Source: Podarcis erhardii
Lineage: Eukaryota
DNA length: 64,000 nt
NCBI GenBank assembly: GCA_964252035.1
Contig: OZ176205.1
Strand: one strand, 5' to 3'
The translations under genes were made by a program, and so were the position numbers. Every line of letters starts with the position of its first letter. Positions within the stretch are counted from its first letter, which is position 1. The notes below the pieces were generated by a model, which saw only the letters and a list, made by a program, of their open reading frames with translations, did no database searches and was not told where the DNA came from. Of the stretch, positions 12,455 through 23,736 are shown in pieces.

Positions 12455-12545
12455 AGCTAAGCTGCAACCTTATACACAATTACCTGGGAGTAAGTTTCTT
12501 CACTGAATTGACTTTTGAGTTGATACATACAGGATTGTGCCATTA
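12455..12545. repeat. Old short palindromic interspersed repeat (gctgcaaccttatacac...gggagtaag...caggattg)
   Basis: Similar diverged copies near 24590-24660, 36500-36570, 6585-6640 and 1020-1070. Confidence 0.4.
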
Positions 12546-15500
12546 GTATGTATAGATTGGAATTCAGTGGAAATCCCAGTGAATTCAGTGGAATTCCCTG
12601 CTGAATATAAACTTGCAAATGATGGGATTGTATATTTTACATTGGGCTATAAGACAGAAGTGAATTCCACTGCAATTAACGGAGTGCCAACCAAAGCTTA
12701 TATTTAGGAAAGGAGTGGTTTTTATTGATCAGAAAGTGGTCATGCTGAGTTAAGCACTACTCTATTATAGTGCAAATGTTGTGAACCAATCTTCCTAGAA
12801 ACTAATCTGAATAAAGGTAAAACAAAAACCTATCCTTTCCTTCAGTCTCTGGAGACTTTCCTTCAGTCTCTAGAGAAGCACAAAGAGAGAATGTAAACAA
12901 ATATTTTAAAACCTCCAAACACTGGATATTGCACGAGGATCCGGTGGAAAGCGAAAGTACTGTTACTTTCTGCCTATCAATATCCAACCCATCATTTGAC
13001 TATTTAGAATAAAGTCCCCCAATTAAACGACTCCTGCACACGATTCGAAGGAATACCATTAGCTCCTGTTCATTTTAATGCCAGATTTTTCATGGGGGGG
13101 GGGGACAATTCCATGGAATTTACTTCGGAAAAGACATGCACTACTACTACAGTCCTATGTAATCCGCCTCGAAAGCACGCCCCGCTGGACTCAGGAGGCC
13201 TTTCCTCCCAAAACAACAACAAATATCCAAGTGCAAGATTCACTGAGGCACGAAGTTTCACCGACTAAGAAAATTTACGCCTGTAGGTAACGGGATGCAG
13301 AGAACGCAGTCTATGGGAGCTGGGCTAGGAAACACACAACGAAAAGCCCAACCTGCGTTTACAAGAGCTTCAAAACACGAACATTAGTAGCAGTTGCCGC
13401 GCTGTGATTTCAGTGGCACCTCTAACGCTGCTTAGGATCGGGCTGCGCAGGGCAGCTAAAGACTTGGTTCTTAGTCCTTAGTTAAAAGATGTTAGGGAGT
13501 CGTACTGGTTGACAATTTCAGCGGTGTTTGCAACTGACTCGACCGAAGACGTTATACACAAAAAAAAGGTATACTTTTGGCCTTTATTGTAAAAGGGAGG
13601 GAAAAGCTGCAGTCAGACCAAAATGTAATGGGGTGGAATATTGCATCCCGCCCCAACACCCGTTCCCATAAGTATTGGCTGCTGCATTTTGGAAGATTTG
13701 AGCTAGCCACCAAAACAACATGCAAAAATATTCCACCCAAATTATTCAGTATTCTTTCCTCTTTCTTCAGCATTCAGAATTATTGCTGAAAGCCATTAGA
13801 AAGACCCACGTTATATGAAAATGCGCGCAAAACCCACGCACTTCCGCACTTCCCAACAATAGGGAAATTCTCCTTTCCCCCCCCTTCCTTTATCTTCTTC
13901 CCTCGTCTTTTGTTGTTATTGTTGTTGTTGTTTACATTTGATATAGAATTTCAAAAATGGTGGCGGGAGGTGTAAAAAGATGGCATCTTAAATTGTCCAA
14001 TTCAGAATTAGGACAACGGAGATGTATTTCAGTCGACTTTCAAAATAAACTAACCCCAACTCAAAAGCACAAACCATAAGAGTCTTCAAGTTCCCTACAT
14101 AATTTCTTAGGACTATCAACAATGTGTTCGCGCGCGCGCACAGCAACAATGTGCAGTTAGCATTCCTCGAGTGAGCAGCGTTTTCCTTGTCAACCAACTG
14201 TAACTGATAAGCTTTCATCAGATTTCTCTCTCCCACTCCAGTTTTTACAGCATCTGTGACTGGGGACAGCGGCAAACGCCTGGAATTGAGCTACGGTTTG
14301 AAGCTCGCTCGCTCGGGCGTACAATTGCTCTGAATTATTTTTATTTTCAAGTAAATGTTTACCAGTGGCCATCAGATTCACTATTAGCCACATGATTTCT
14401 AGATGCATTGGGTTCTGAATATCGCTTTGGGGAGAGAGCAGAAGATTTCGCTACATTTTGGCATTATTTTCCCTTCCTCGAAATGTATTTAACAAAAGTA
14501 TGGAATAATTTTGGGCACTAGCCAGTGCTCCATCTCTCCTTTGGACTTGATATACTTTGACCACTGTAATCGGAATCTATTTGCGCAAGCTTATTTTTAT
14601 TATTTATTATTAACGAATACGTTCAAGACTTTTTGTGTGTTTGTTTTAATGTTGGTTTTATTTCTGTAGGGAGGCGGGCCCTGGTACGCCATTGCTTTTC
14701 CAAATTCTCCCCACATTGCCGAACGATTTTAGGAGGGCGTTGGGGAATAAGAAATACCCACAAGAATACATCTTGCGCCGTGTGAAAAACGAAGCACAGT
14801 GAAAAGAAGAAGAAAACAAAACTTTTGTTTGGAAATCTCGGGGCAGGCTTTCCAACGCCGCTTTCCAGATCCCATCGGGTTTTCAACACGTTCGGCAATG
14901 TGGTTTTCGACCTTAGAAGGTCGTCCTGTCATCTTCCTGCAGGCTTTCCCTCCGCATTTAGGTAGGAACCAGGATAGAAATGCACTTTAAAGCCCTCCAT
15001 CTTTTTTTCTTTCTTGCCTTACCACTTCTTTGGGAACAAACTCCACTGCACATAATGAGATCTACATCAGAGTAAACCGGTAAAGGATGAGAAGGCAAAA
15101 GGACACAGCAGCAATGCCATGCGGGCATGCTTTAAGTGTTCTAGGTTGTTGCTTTGAACGCTGTTTTCCAAATTCTTGCACAAAATCCACAGCAATCATC
15201 CTAATGAATGGGAAGAATTCAGGAAAGGTTTGCCGCAGTCAGAAATGTCTTGCAGATTCCAATATCTTCTCACACTACTTGAATCTTGTCACTGATTTCC
15301 CTAGCACTTAAGGTTGCAACTTTTGGCTGAAAGATCTTCCGCTTATTTTAGATTGTGCAACTTTCCCCACAATCCTGCTGGGACACCCCCCCCCCCCTTG
15401 TAACCAGATTTTGTCGTTGTGGTGTTGTATAAATCGTGGACTGATCGGATGCTAAAAGCAGGTTTCGCAACCTTTTGCAGACGTTCCTTATCATTTGCAG

Positions 15501-16310
15501 ATAAGAAAGGGCAATCCGAGGACAGAGAGGAAGAGAAACTCCGAGGAAGAAATGAACCGAGTTGTTTTAACCTCTCTCGGCAGCACCCCTCAAAATCTCC
15601 TTAAACCTTTACTGCTTGCTAATATGTCTTCAACGACTCAAGAAATTAAGGAGATCTTGTTGGGAATGGTTGGCCGTCTCTGAAATGATTGAAGCGAGTC
15701 TTGGGGAGAGTCAGATAAAGCAGAATTGTTTGCAGTGACGTTCCACGGACGGACTTACGTCCACGTAGGTATTTTGGGGATCGATGCTTTGCATATATAC
15801 TTACAAGTAATCACCACAGAATCGGAGTCAGTGGGCAGAGCGGACTGCAAGGTAGTCATAGCAGGTGGCGAGCATAAGGATTGCTACAGATAAAAGACAC
15901 ACATTTCTGTATCTGGTGGCAGCACCAAAGCTCTTCCCAACACAAGGAAACCAGACGACAACTCTAGGCACCTACAGGGTTAACGGTGCCCCCAGAAATG
16001 CCCGCGGTGGGTGGGAGGGGAGAGAAAGCAGCCCAAAGCGGAGTCCTAAAATTAAAGCACGATACTTCTCTAAGCAGCTTAAATGCAGGCTTCCTGGTGT
16101 CCAAATTATTTTCCCTTGATTCTATCTCATTTCCGATCTCGCCGTCCCGCACCAATCATTAGTCCTTTCTCGACAGATTAAAGAAGTCTGAGACCTCCCA
16201 GGGAAACGGGGAGGCTCCTGCCCGGGCTGTAATTGCTTGCACCTTTCAGGTGAAGGCCCCAAACACGTGTTTCTACTCTGCTGGGCGATGGGCAAAAGAA
16301 GATCCAGGCG

Positions 16311-16363
16311 ATAGAATCGTAGAGTTGGAAGGTAACCCGAGGATCATCTAATCCAACCCCCTG
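16311..16363 (-). mobile_element. CR1-type LINE 3' tail remnant
   Basis: atagaatcgtagagttggaagg...gatcatctaatccaacccc, reverse complement of a CR1-like 3' end; similar to 21314-21417. Confidence 0.6.
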
Positions 16364-19300
16364 AGTGAGTTAGTTAGTTAAAGTGCCTTAACAAACAAAC
16401 AAACAAACAAACAAATCAATCCCTATTCTTTTGCTGAGTTTCAAGGCCAATGTTTTGGCAATACACTGCGAGTATGGTACACTAGGATGCCAAAGTAACA
16501 GGAAGGTTATTGGGTTATTGAAAATCAGCCTCCAAACTAAGTATGGAGTTATCTCAATCCGATCCCAAGACACACTCAAAAAGTTTGTGGCTTACAGTGG
16601 AGGAGGGCAACGGCAACATCACCAACATTGCTCAGTTGTGTGTGTGAGGATTTTGCATCCCCTTGTTTAAGGGTAACCGTCTCATATAGACACATTTCTC
16701 ATTCAGACACAAAGGAGAAGACCTATTAGCCTGCTTTTCGTGGTGTTAAATGCCACCCCCCCCAGCCCTCCTCCGGAAGTGCGACTTCCGCGATGGGTGG
16801 AGAGGGCTGCATGGCCAATACTGCTGGGAAGGAGCCATCGAGCGGGTGAATCAGAGCTTTGGCGGTCCTCCCATTGCTTCGCGTTCGAGCCATGGCAGGA
16901 GGCTAATAATAGCCTCAAAAACAAGAGCAGACCCACAAACAGGGTGATTTAATGGAAGAAATATGGAAACGATGGAAGATGATGAACCGGCAGCGAGTCT
17001 TGGGAGTGAAAAGTGATACAGCAGATAAATAAAAGTCCGACTGAATGCAAACTGCGCATTTTGTAATAAAGAGCAAGCTATCTTCCAGCATATTTTCTTT
17101 CATTTTCCTAAATGGAAAGCAGGGACGTCGCATAAAAGATGGTGATGATCCACTGAGACACTGAATCACCTGCAATAACCTCTTCCCTGTCCAGGTTACT
17201 GGGGCATTTTTAACTCCCCCACCCTCGTCCTGCAATATGTCGGGAAAGATCGTGGAATCTGGGTTTTGGGGGGGCTTGACCAAGCGAGGCTGGCAAATGA
17301 CAGCCCACATTTGGGGCAGATGTTTTCTATAGGATGCCGAGCTAATTACAACAGCAAGCTGAGCCATTTTTAAATTTTGGATGAAGATTCTGTTTCTCAA
17401 ACCTGATTGAAGGTGAACGTGGCCGGGTGGGGGGCATATATATATATATGATGGAAAGAAACCCTGGGGAAAGGGAGGTGAGAAGAGGGGGTAGCTAGTT
17501 TGGCCGGCAGCCCTGGAAACTTAACTTCGATCCGGAGCCCACGTCTGCTTCTCTCTTCCCGCAGCAGGCTCAATCAGTTGCGCCTAGGCCAGCGCGCCGG
17601 TTTGCCCCGTCCTGAGATCATCCCTCCAAAAGCGTCTAGGCTACTGCCGCCTGGAATGTTGAGAGCCGCGGTTCGCTGCGCTCCGCGGATTTTCCCGCCG
17701 GCGCGCGACTTGCTCGGATCAGCCGCTCTAGCTAGCGCCAGTGGCTGTAGCCTCGGGATTCCAGAAAAGCACGCTCACCTTCCTAGGGAGACTTGTCTCC
17801 AAATTTAACGTCTCATTAACTTCTGAGAGGCATCCAAGCCCGGGGGAAGAGGGGTGGTCCTCGTCCAAAGTAGGGTCTCTCTGCATTTGCTCTCTATTTC
17901 GCGGCTATGGGGTTGCGATCCTAGGCACGCTTGCTGTGGAATAAAAGCTCCAATGGACTCCGTGGCAGTAAACTCGCGAGCAGCACTGTCTGCACCTATG
18001 CGGCCTTCCCGGGTACCGTAACTATTTTATGAGCCCGGTTAGAAGAAAGACACGCGGCAGGCGGCAAAAAGAGAAGAAAATAAATCTACAAACAACCACC
18101 AGCTCCATCCATGAGGTCATAGCGAGGAGAGATTTTCAGATGGGGAAGAGGAGGAGAGAGGCGATTTAGGATTGCACAGAATCTGCGGTTGTTTGTGGTC
18201 TGGAAAGGAATGATGCTCTGGCTAAAGTTGCGGCCACGGGAGGGAGGGAGCCCTTCTAGACTTGACTGGTGAACAAGCGGGCACAGGATCAAGGTGTAGC
18301 TCGCCGATCCTACAAAAGCGTTTGCTTGGGACAAGCAGCCCAACCTGCTGTCAAGTTAAGATGTTCAGGAATTAAACCAGAGGCTGTAACTACAGAATCG
18401 GCCCCACTGTATCCGCTGAGACTTACTTTTGAAATAAGGATGAGATGTGATAGAATTCTCTGCACGCGTAACTAGAAGTAAATTTGACTAAAAGTTATAA
18501 GGACTTCTCCCTACTCAAGATGAAGCTCGTAAAGACCTGTCATATTTATTATGCTCTCCAAGCCTTTGTGGACTTAAATCCACTTTATCAGATCATGCAT
18601 GTTTGGGTGCTCATTTCATTTCCCTCTGACCTCTCGAATAGGAGTGGCTAATCTGAAGTAAAACTTGCTGAAAGAATACCCAGACGTTCAGACACTACGA
18701 TGGAAAAATCAGAATCCCGGTCTCCGGAATATAAACGTGGTAACTCACCTCAGCGACGGAGAAATCTGGTTTTAGCTTTCGATCCCCGAATCGCTGGCCG
18801 TTCCCCTTGCGGCTAGGGAGAAAAGAGAAGAGAGGTGTTGTTGTTGTTTTTAAAAAAGATGAATGACACATGGGGGGGGGGACTTGCCTTCGACGCTTTC
18901 CGAGAAACAGTCAACGCGAAGCCACCGGATTGTCGCCCCCTGCTTTGACAGAAACGGGCTCGCTTGGCGTAAGGTGCAGCCCTTGTTGGGATCTGCTTCG
19001 CCCTGTCAAGAAAACGTCGCGCCTCTAGCTAAGAGATAAACCGAATTTAGCAAGCAGGGAGTGTCCGGGGCAGTCTCCCACTCCACGACCGCCGACCTCC
19101 CACCCCGCCAGCGCAAGACTTTATAAGTTAGTTAGCTTTCCCAGCGATCTGATTCTTTTCTCTCTTCCCCAATCGGAGTTTGGGGTTCCTCAGATGTTCT
19201 ACCGCTTTCCCTTAATGGCAGAGATGGTACTAAAGAACCGTCTGAGGCCAACGCAGTTCCTCTCTCTCTACTCCAGGTTTATGCAATCTCTGCTGCTGCG

Positions 19301-19406
19301 ATTAAGGATGGTGAAAGCCACGCGATTGCCTGTTGCGCCCTCCACCTTGGCTTGGGTTCCCCGGACATAGAAAGCGCAAGGTTTGGCAAGGAGGAGGGGA
19401 GAAAGC

Positions 19407-19435
19407 GGGGTGGGTGGGTAGGTGGGTGGGTGAGA

Positions 19436-19470
<35 letters not shown>

Positions 19471-19974
19471 GAAGTGACTAATCCAAAGTTAGCATACTCC
19501 TGTGCTTCTCTCCCCCACCCGACACACACACACGTCTCCTTTTATATATATATATATTAAAAAACCCGCTCCCTGGAGCGCGCTTGCTTGTAGCGATAAA
19601 GATCTGAACATGTACAGAAGGCGGGTTTTACACGAGGAGGTGAGGCTCCAGCAGCCAGCCAAGAGGCTTTTGCGGGAAGAGGTTCCACCCACTTGAAAAC
19701 AAAACTTTCCCCCCCTCCAGGGTCTGACATCAGTAGAGTCGGGTAGGGAGCTCGGGAAGAGGGAAGCGGAGAAGACGAGGGGGAGGCCATTCGGAGCAAG
19801 GACTAGAGGCCGACGAGGAGGGCCGGGCGTTGGCTATCTTTTCCTTGATACTTTTCAAAACTCGCCCAAGTCGCTTTTTCCCCCTTTTTCTTTTTCTCCT
19901 GCGCGGAAAAGGAGGGAGTGGGGGCTCCGTCCTTTCTGGAGTTGGTATGTGAGGAGCGCTCGCAGCCCAGTGCC
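19407..19974 (+). promoter_or_regulatory. LHX8 proximal promoter and 5' leader
   Basis: G-rich tract, (AG)14, TATA-like (TA)7 at 19543-19556, then about 400 nt of leader before the ATG; TSS inferred, not observed. Confidence 0.55.
19441..19468. repeat. (AG)14 microsatellite in the LHX8 promoter
   Basis: Direct reading. Confidence 0.97.
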
Positions 19975-20055
19975 ATGTATTGGAAGAGCAACCAGATGTT
20001 TGTGTGTAAACTGGACGACAAAGACGTGCCTGCGCTTCGCCTCGCGACGGAAAAG
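19975..20055 (+). CDS. LHX8: LHX8 coding exon 1 (MYWKSNQMFVCKLDDKDVPALRLATEK), phase-0 donor
   Basis: GCCATG Kozak start at 19975; MYWKS N-terminus typical of LHX8; donor AAG|GTGAGC at 20055/20056; 81 nt. Confidence 0.9.
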
Positions 20056-21313
20056 GTGAGCCCGCTGCCTCTTCTTCCCCCTGCGAAGACGAGAGACCCT
20101 TTTCCTTAAGCCGATTGCCTCCCTCGCAGTCTGTGTAAAAGTGGAGTGGATCCGAATTTGCCCCCAGAGATACCAGCTGCTATGCCCTTTGCTCCGGAGT
20201 AGTTTCATTTCATTGCAACGGGGGGCGAATATTTCGCGTTAAGCGGTTTGCTCATCGCAGCTTAAGACCCGTCCAGGAATTCCGCCCGCCTAAATGTAAT
20301 TTAAATTACATTTCGTAATTTTATAAAGTATCCCCACCCCCACCCCTCCTCTTCCTTTGAAATGCGCTTTTTCGTGTGGTGGAAGCGATTTCCCCTTCCA
20401 CTCCTGAAGGCAAATTGGCACGGTTCCACCTAACGTCTGTAAGCGCTTGACACCCTTTACTTGGTGTGTCTGTGTGTGGAAAGCTTCGGGTTTTGTTTTT
20501 TTTTTTTTGTTTTTTAACTGTAGATCTAAAATATAAACAAATACCTGAATTTCCAGCTGAAAAGGAAAAAAAAGAAATACAGAAAAGCGCGCGCGAGCAC
20601 ACGAAAACAAGTTTAGTAGGAAACGTCCGCAGGGGAAAGAGAGAAATCGAATATTTGGTGCACGGAGGACTGACACCACTTCCACTTCTTACGAAGGACG
20701 CCGCTTCGACTTCATACAACGGAGTAGTCCCTTAAGGCATCGCTGGCTTTTGAGGATTTTTTTTTACCGTGCCCCGATTTCGCTTCGAACTGTCCCTAAA
20801 GCAAGCGGGTGACAGACGTCAGGCTTGCATGACCTACTTTTTCTTTTGGTGCCAAAGCCAAACCGTTTAGAATTAAAGAATCTGCATTGAGTTTATCAGA
20901 ACTGATGAGAACTCGCGGTCGGTCCACCCACCAAGGCATCCATACATCCCTCCGTGTCGGCAGCATAATTTAGAGGGGGTGAACAAATCTTTTCGTTGCT
21001 GCTGCTCAGCAGTTGGTAGCCAGGAGTCCTTTGCAAACCAAAAACCTGCCAGCAGACCCGTATCTGCCTCCTGTTCACCCCTCTTTTAAAAGGCAGTTAA
21101 TTCCAGCGGTTTTGGGTCCCCCCCGTACATCTGTGGCGATCGGCGCGGTCAGAATCCTCCAAACTAGCTCGGCTGCCTTCGATGGGGCTACTCCGGGGTA
21201 AGTGATCGCAAGCAGCCTTAAACCAGACTGTGAGCCAAACCCTCAAGGGCCGCCGCATTTCCTAGTCTCTGTTCAAGGAACTCTAAAAATGAATGCAATA
21301 TACGTATTCACTG

Positions 21314-21417
21314 GAATCATAAAACCGTAGGGCTGGAAGGGACCCCTGGCCCGGGGGTCATCTAGGCTAACCCCCTCGCAATGCAGGAATCTCAGCTAAA
21401 GCACCCATGACAGATGG
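21314..21417 (-). mobile_element. CR1-type LINE 3' tail remnant (LHX8 intron 1)
   Basis: gaatcataaaaccgtagggctggaaggga...gtcatctaggctaacccc...caatgcaggaatc. Confidence 0.6.
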
Positions 21418-22912
21418 AAATAGAAGCCTTGCTTGAGCCAAAACGAAAAGACATTTAAACCAGAGCAAATTGTTCACAAGAGGTCGAGTAGAGCCTGTTG
21501 GGTTGGGGTTGGGGTTGGCTTTTTAAGGGTTCTGGGGGATAGTGCCCCCCCCTTTTTGCTGTAACCTTCCTGCCTCTTTCCATTGTGCTTTATACTGCTT
21601 ACCTGCGCATGGGAAATGTCAAATCGTGCGCTGCATCTATAGACGCCGGTGGGGAGCAAGTCCCATGGAAACATGCAGGGTTGGCTTCTGTGTAGGCCCG
21701 GGACGGTGGGTGGCGCGCAGCCTCTTCCGTCGCAAAGATCTCGGCAAAGCAAGGAGCCGGTGGACTAGCTGCAACACGGATAAAATTATTACGCGGGGTC
21801 AGGAATGTATCCCCGAAACTAGCTCTGCCTCCTTCCACGAGGCTACTCTGGGCAGACCCATTTATACTTCGGATCGGGGCGCTCTAGATCGGGTCGGGCT
21901 CCGTTTCGCCCCGGCCCCGGCGCCCAATGGGCAGGGATGATGTAGGAGGGCGCAGTGCCCGCTGCCTCCGCTCCAGATGATCTCTCTCACATTTCCTCTT
22001 GGCGATTCAGGTGGATCGGACATGCATCGCCCACATTCACTGGCATCTTAACCGCTGGGATTGCGGGGTAATTAATCCGCATCGAGGTGGCATCCCTTGC
22101 CAGGGAGCAAAGCTCCATTGGAAACAGTAATCGGGTTCAGGATTGCATTGCGACTTTGGATGGAGTCGGCTGCTTAGCTAAAGGGGGCTTTGGGCGCGGG
22201 CTTGACGGGCCGAGGGTCGCCCTCCGCCGGCTTTGTTCCGCGCGCGAATGGAGGCGAGCGCAGCGCCCTGGCGGAGTTGGCGCGAGCGCCTTTGTCCCTC
22301 GCCTCGCCGCGCTCGGCCTCGGCCGCGCCAAACGGCTTCATCAAGCGCGCGCCCTCCCTCCAAATTGGCCAAGGGGGCCATTGTGTTTAATGACCCCCCG
22401 AATTAAATTCAGCTGGCTGGTTTCTATTCTCCTCCTTTCTCTTCTGGTGACGTTCCCTTCTTCCTCTTCCCCCCTTTTTTTGTGCCCTCAGCTTAACGAA
22501 ATAAATAAATCCTCGAGTCTAAGCAGCAGCCCCTCGGCCTGTTGACTTCGGCTCGAGTGCTTAAGTGGCAATTTACACCTCGGAGGCCCCAAGCTGGAAG
22601 TGGCAAGGCGGGCTCTAATTGCGGAGGGTATTTGGAGGCCGCGCAAGCTGAGGCATTTTCATTTAAATCGTGCCCGGCACGAGCGCCGGGCGGGCGAGGT
22701 CTTGGGCTGCTGCTGGAGGAGCGGCAATTAGTGCTCAAGGGCCCCATTGAAGCGCTTATGCCTCGGGGCCGACTTCGCCCCCTAATTGCCGCCGTTTAGT
22801 TTTGGCTGGAGGGGAGGGAAGGATGGTCGGCAGCCCCTCTTTCCTTCTCCTATGACGAGCCTCAGTTTTCGGCGGCCTTCGGCGAGCTTAGCCGTCTGGT
22901 CTTTCTTCGCAG

Positions 22913-23017
22913 TTCCCGAGGCTCATGGCTGAGGAGTGTGGGCGAGTAGCAGTAGCAGCGGCGGCGGCGGCGACCGCGACTGGGAGAAGACGGAAAAGCG
23001 CGGGAGAGACGGGGCTG
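22913..23017 (+). CDS. LHX8: LHX8 coding exon 2 (FPRLMAEECGRVAVAAAAAATATGRRRKSAGETGL)
   Basis: Acceptor ctttcttcgcag at 22912, donor CTG|GTAAGT; 105 nt, phase 0/0; resembles mammalian LMSEECGR...RTRKGAGEEGL. Confidence 0.9.
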
Positions 23018-23568
23018 GTAAGTCAGCGAGACGCGGGTGGGATGGAGCGACGAGAAACGGACTTTCCTCCTAGTCCGTGAAGGGAGCTGAAGGAGAGACG
23101 GCGTGTGTGAGGCGACAGGGGACTCTTTGTGTGGGGGCAGCGCGAGAAAGGCGGGAACGGGGCATTAGCGGGCGGCCAGGCGGGCGCGTGGCTTCGCAGT
23201 CTCTCCCACCTGCCCCGACCCAGTCAGGGCACTCACTGGGTGGCCTTCGGGTCGGACTGGGTTTTCTTCTGAGGGAGATTTGTGAGGGCGAAGGGGCACA
23301 AACACGAAGAAGGGAAGGGCGCCAGGGAGAGAATATTCAACCGTAGTAGGAACCGAGGGGGAGTTCCCCTCACTATTATCGGTTATTTTATCAATAGTAT
23401 TGGCGGGGAACCTGGGCTGAGGCGGCTGGTTTGAGGGAGCAGCTGGATCTAATGATTGGGCGGCGGGGAGAGGACGCTAGTTACCTCGGAGAGGCTCCTG
23501 AGGGAAACAGGCCCGTGGGGAGGGGTTGCAGGCCCGTGTGTATTAATCGGCTGGTGTCCGTGTGGCAG

Positions 23569-23736
23569 GTGAGCCCCGAGGTTGCCGGAGACGAGGATTC
23601 GTGCTCGCCGTCCACCCCGCTCTCGCCTTCTTCGTCGTCTCCGCGCTCGCTGAACTCGGGCCCGGGCGGATGCGCGCCCAGCAAGTGCATCTGCAGCAGC
23701 TGCGGCCAGGAGATAGTCGACAAGTACCTTCTCAAG
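23569..23736 (+). CDS. LHX8: LHX8 coding exon 3 (VSPEVAGDEDSCSPS...CICSSCGQEIVDKYLLK), start of LIM1
   Basis: cag acceptor at 23568, donor AAG|GTGAGT; 168 nt; C-x2-C LIM start; matches LHX8 GDEDSC and EIVDKYLLK. Confidence 0.97.

Noticed and set aside
12835-12876. Short tandem duplications (21 bp here; others near 8346, 30375, 32668 and 38023) as a repeat array or CRISPR-like structure
   Set aside because: Only two adjacent units each with no spacers; ordinary replication-slippage duplications in a vertebrate genome.
16915-17400. 161-aa minus-strand ORF upstream of LHX8
   Set aside because: No recognisable domain and no supporting splice structure; not ruled out as lncRNA, but nothing supports coding.
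21474-22799. Several 60-150 aa ORFs on both strands in LHX8 intron 1
   Set aside because: GC-rich, low-complexity Arg/Ala/Pro/Gly translations with no recognisable family; expected in CpG islands.
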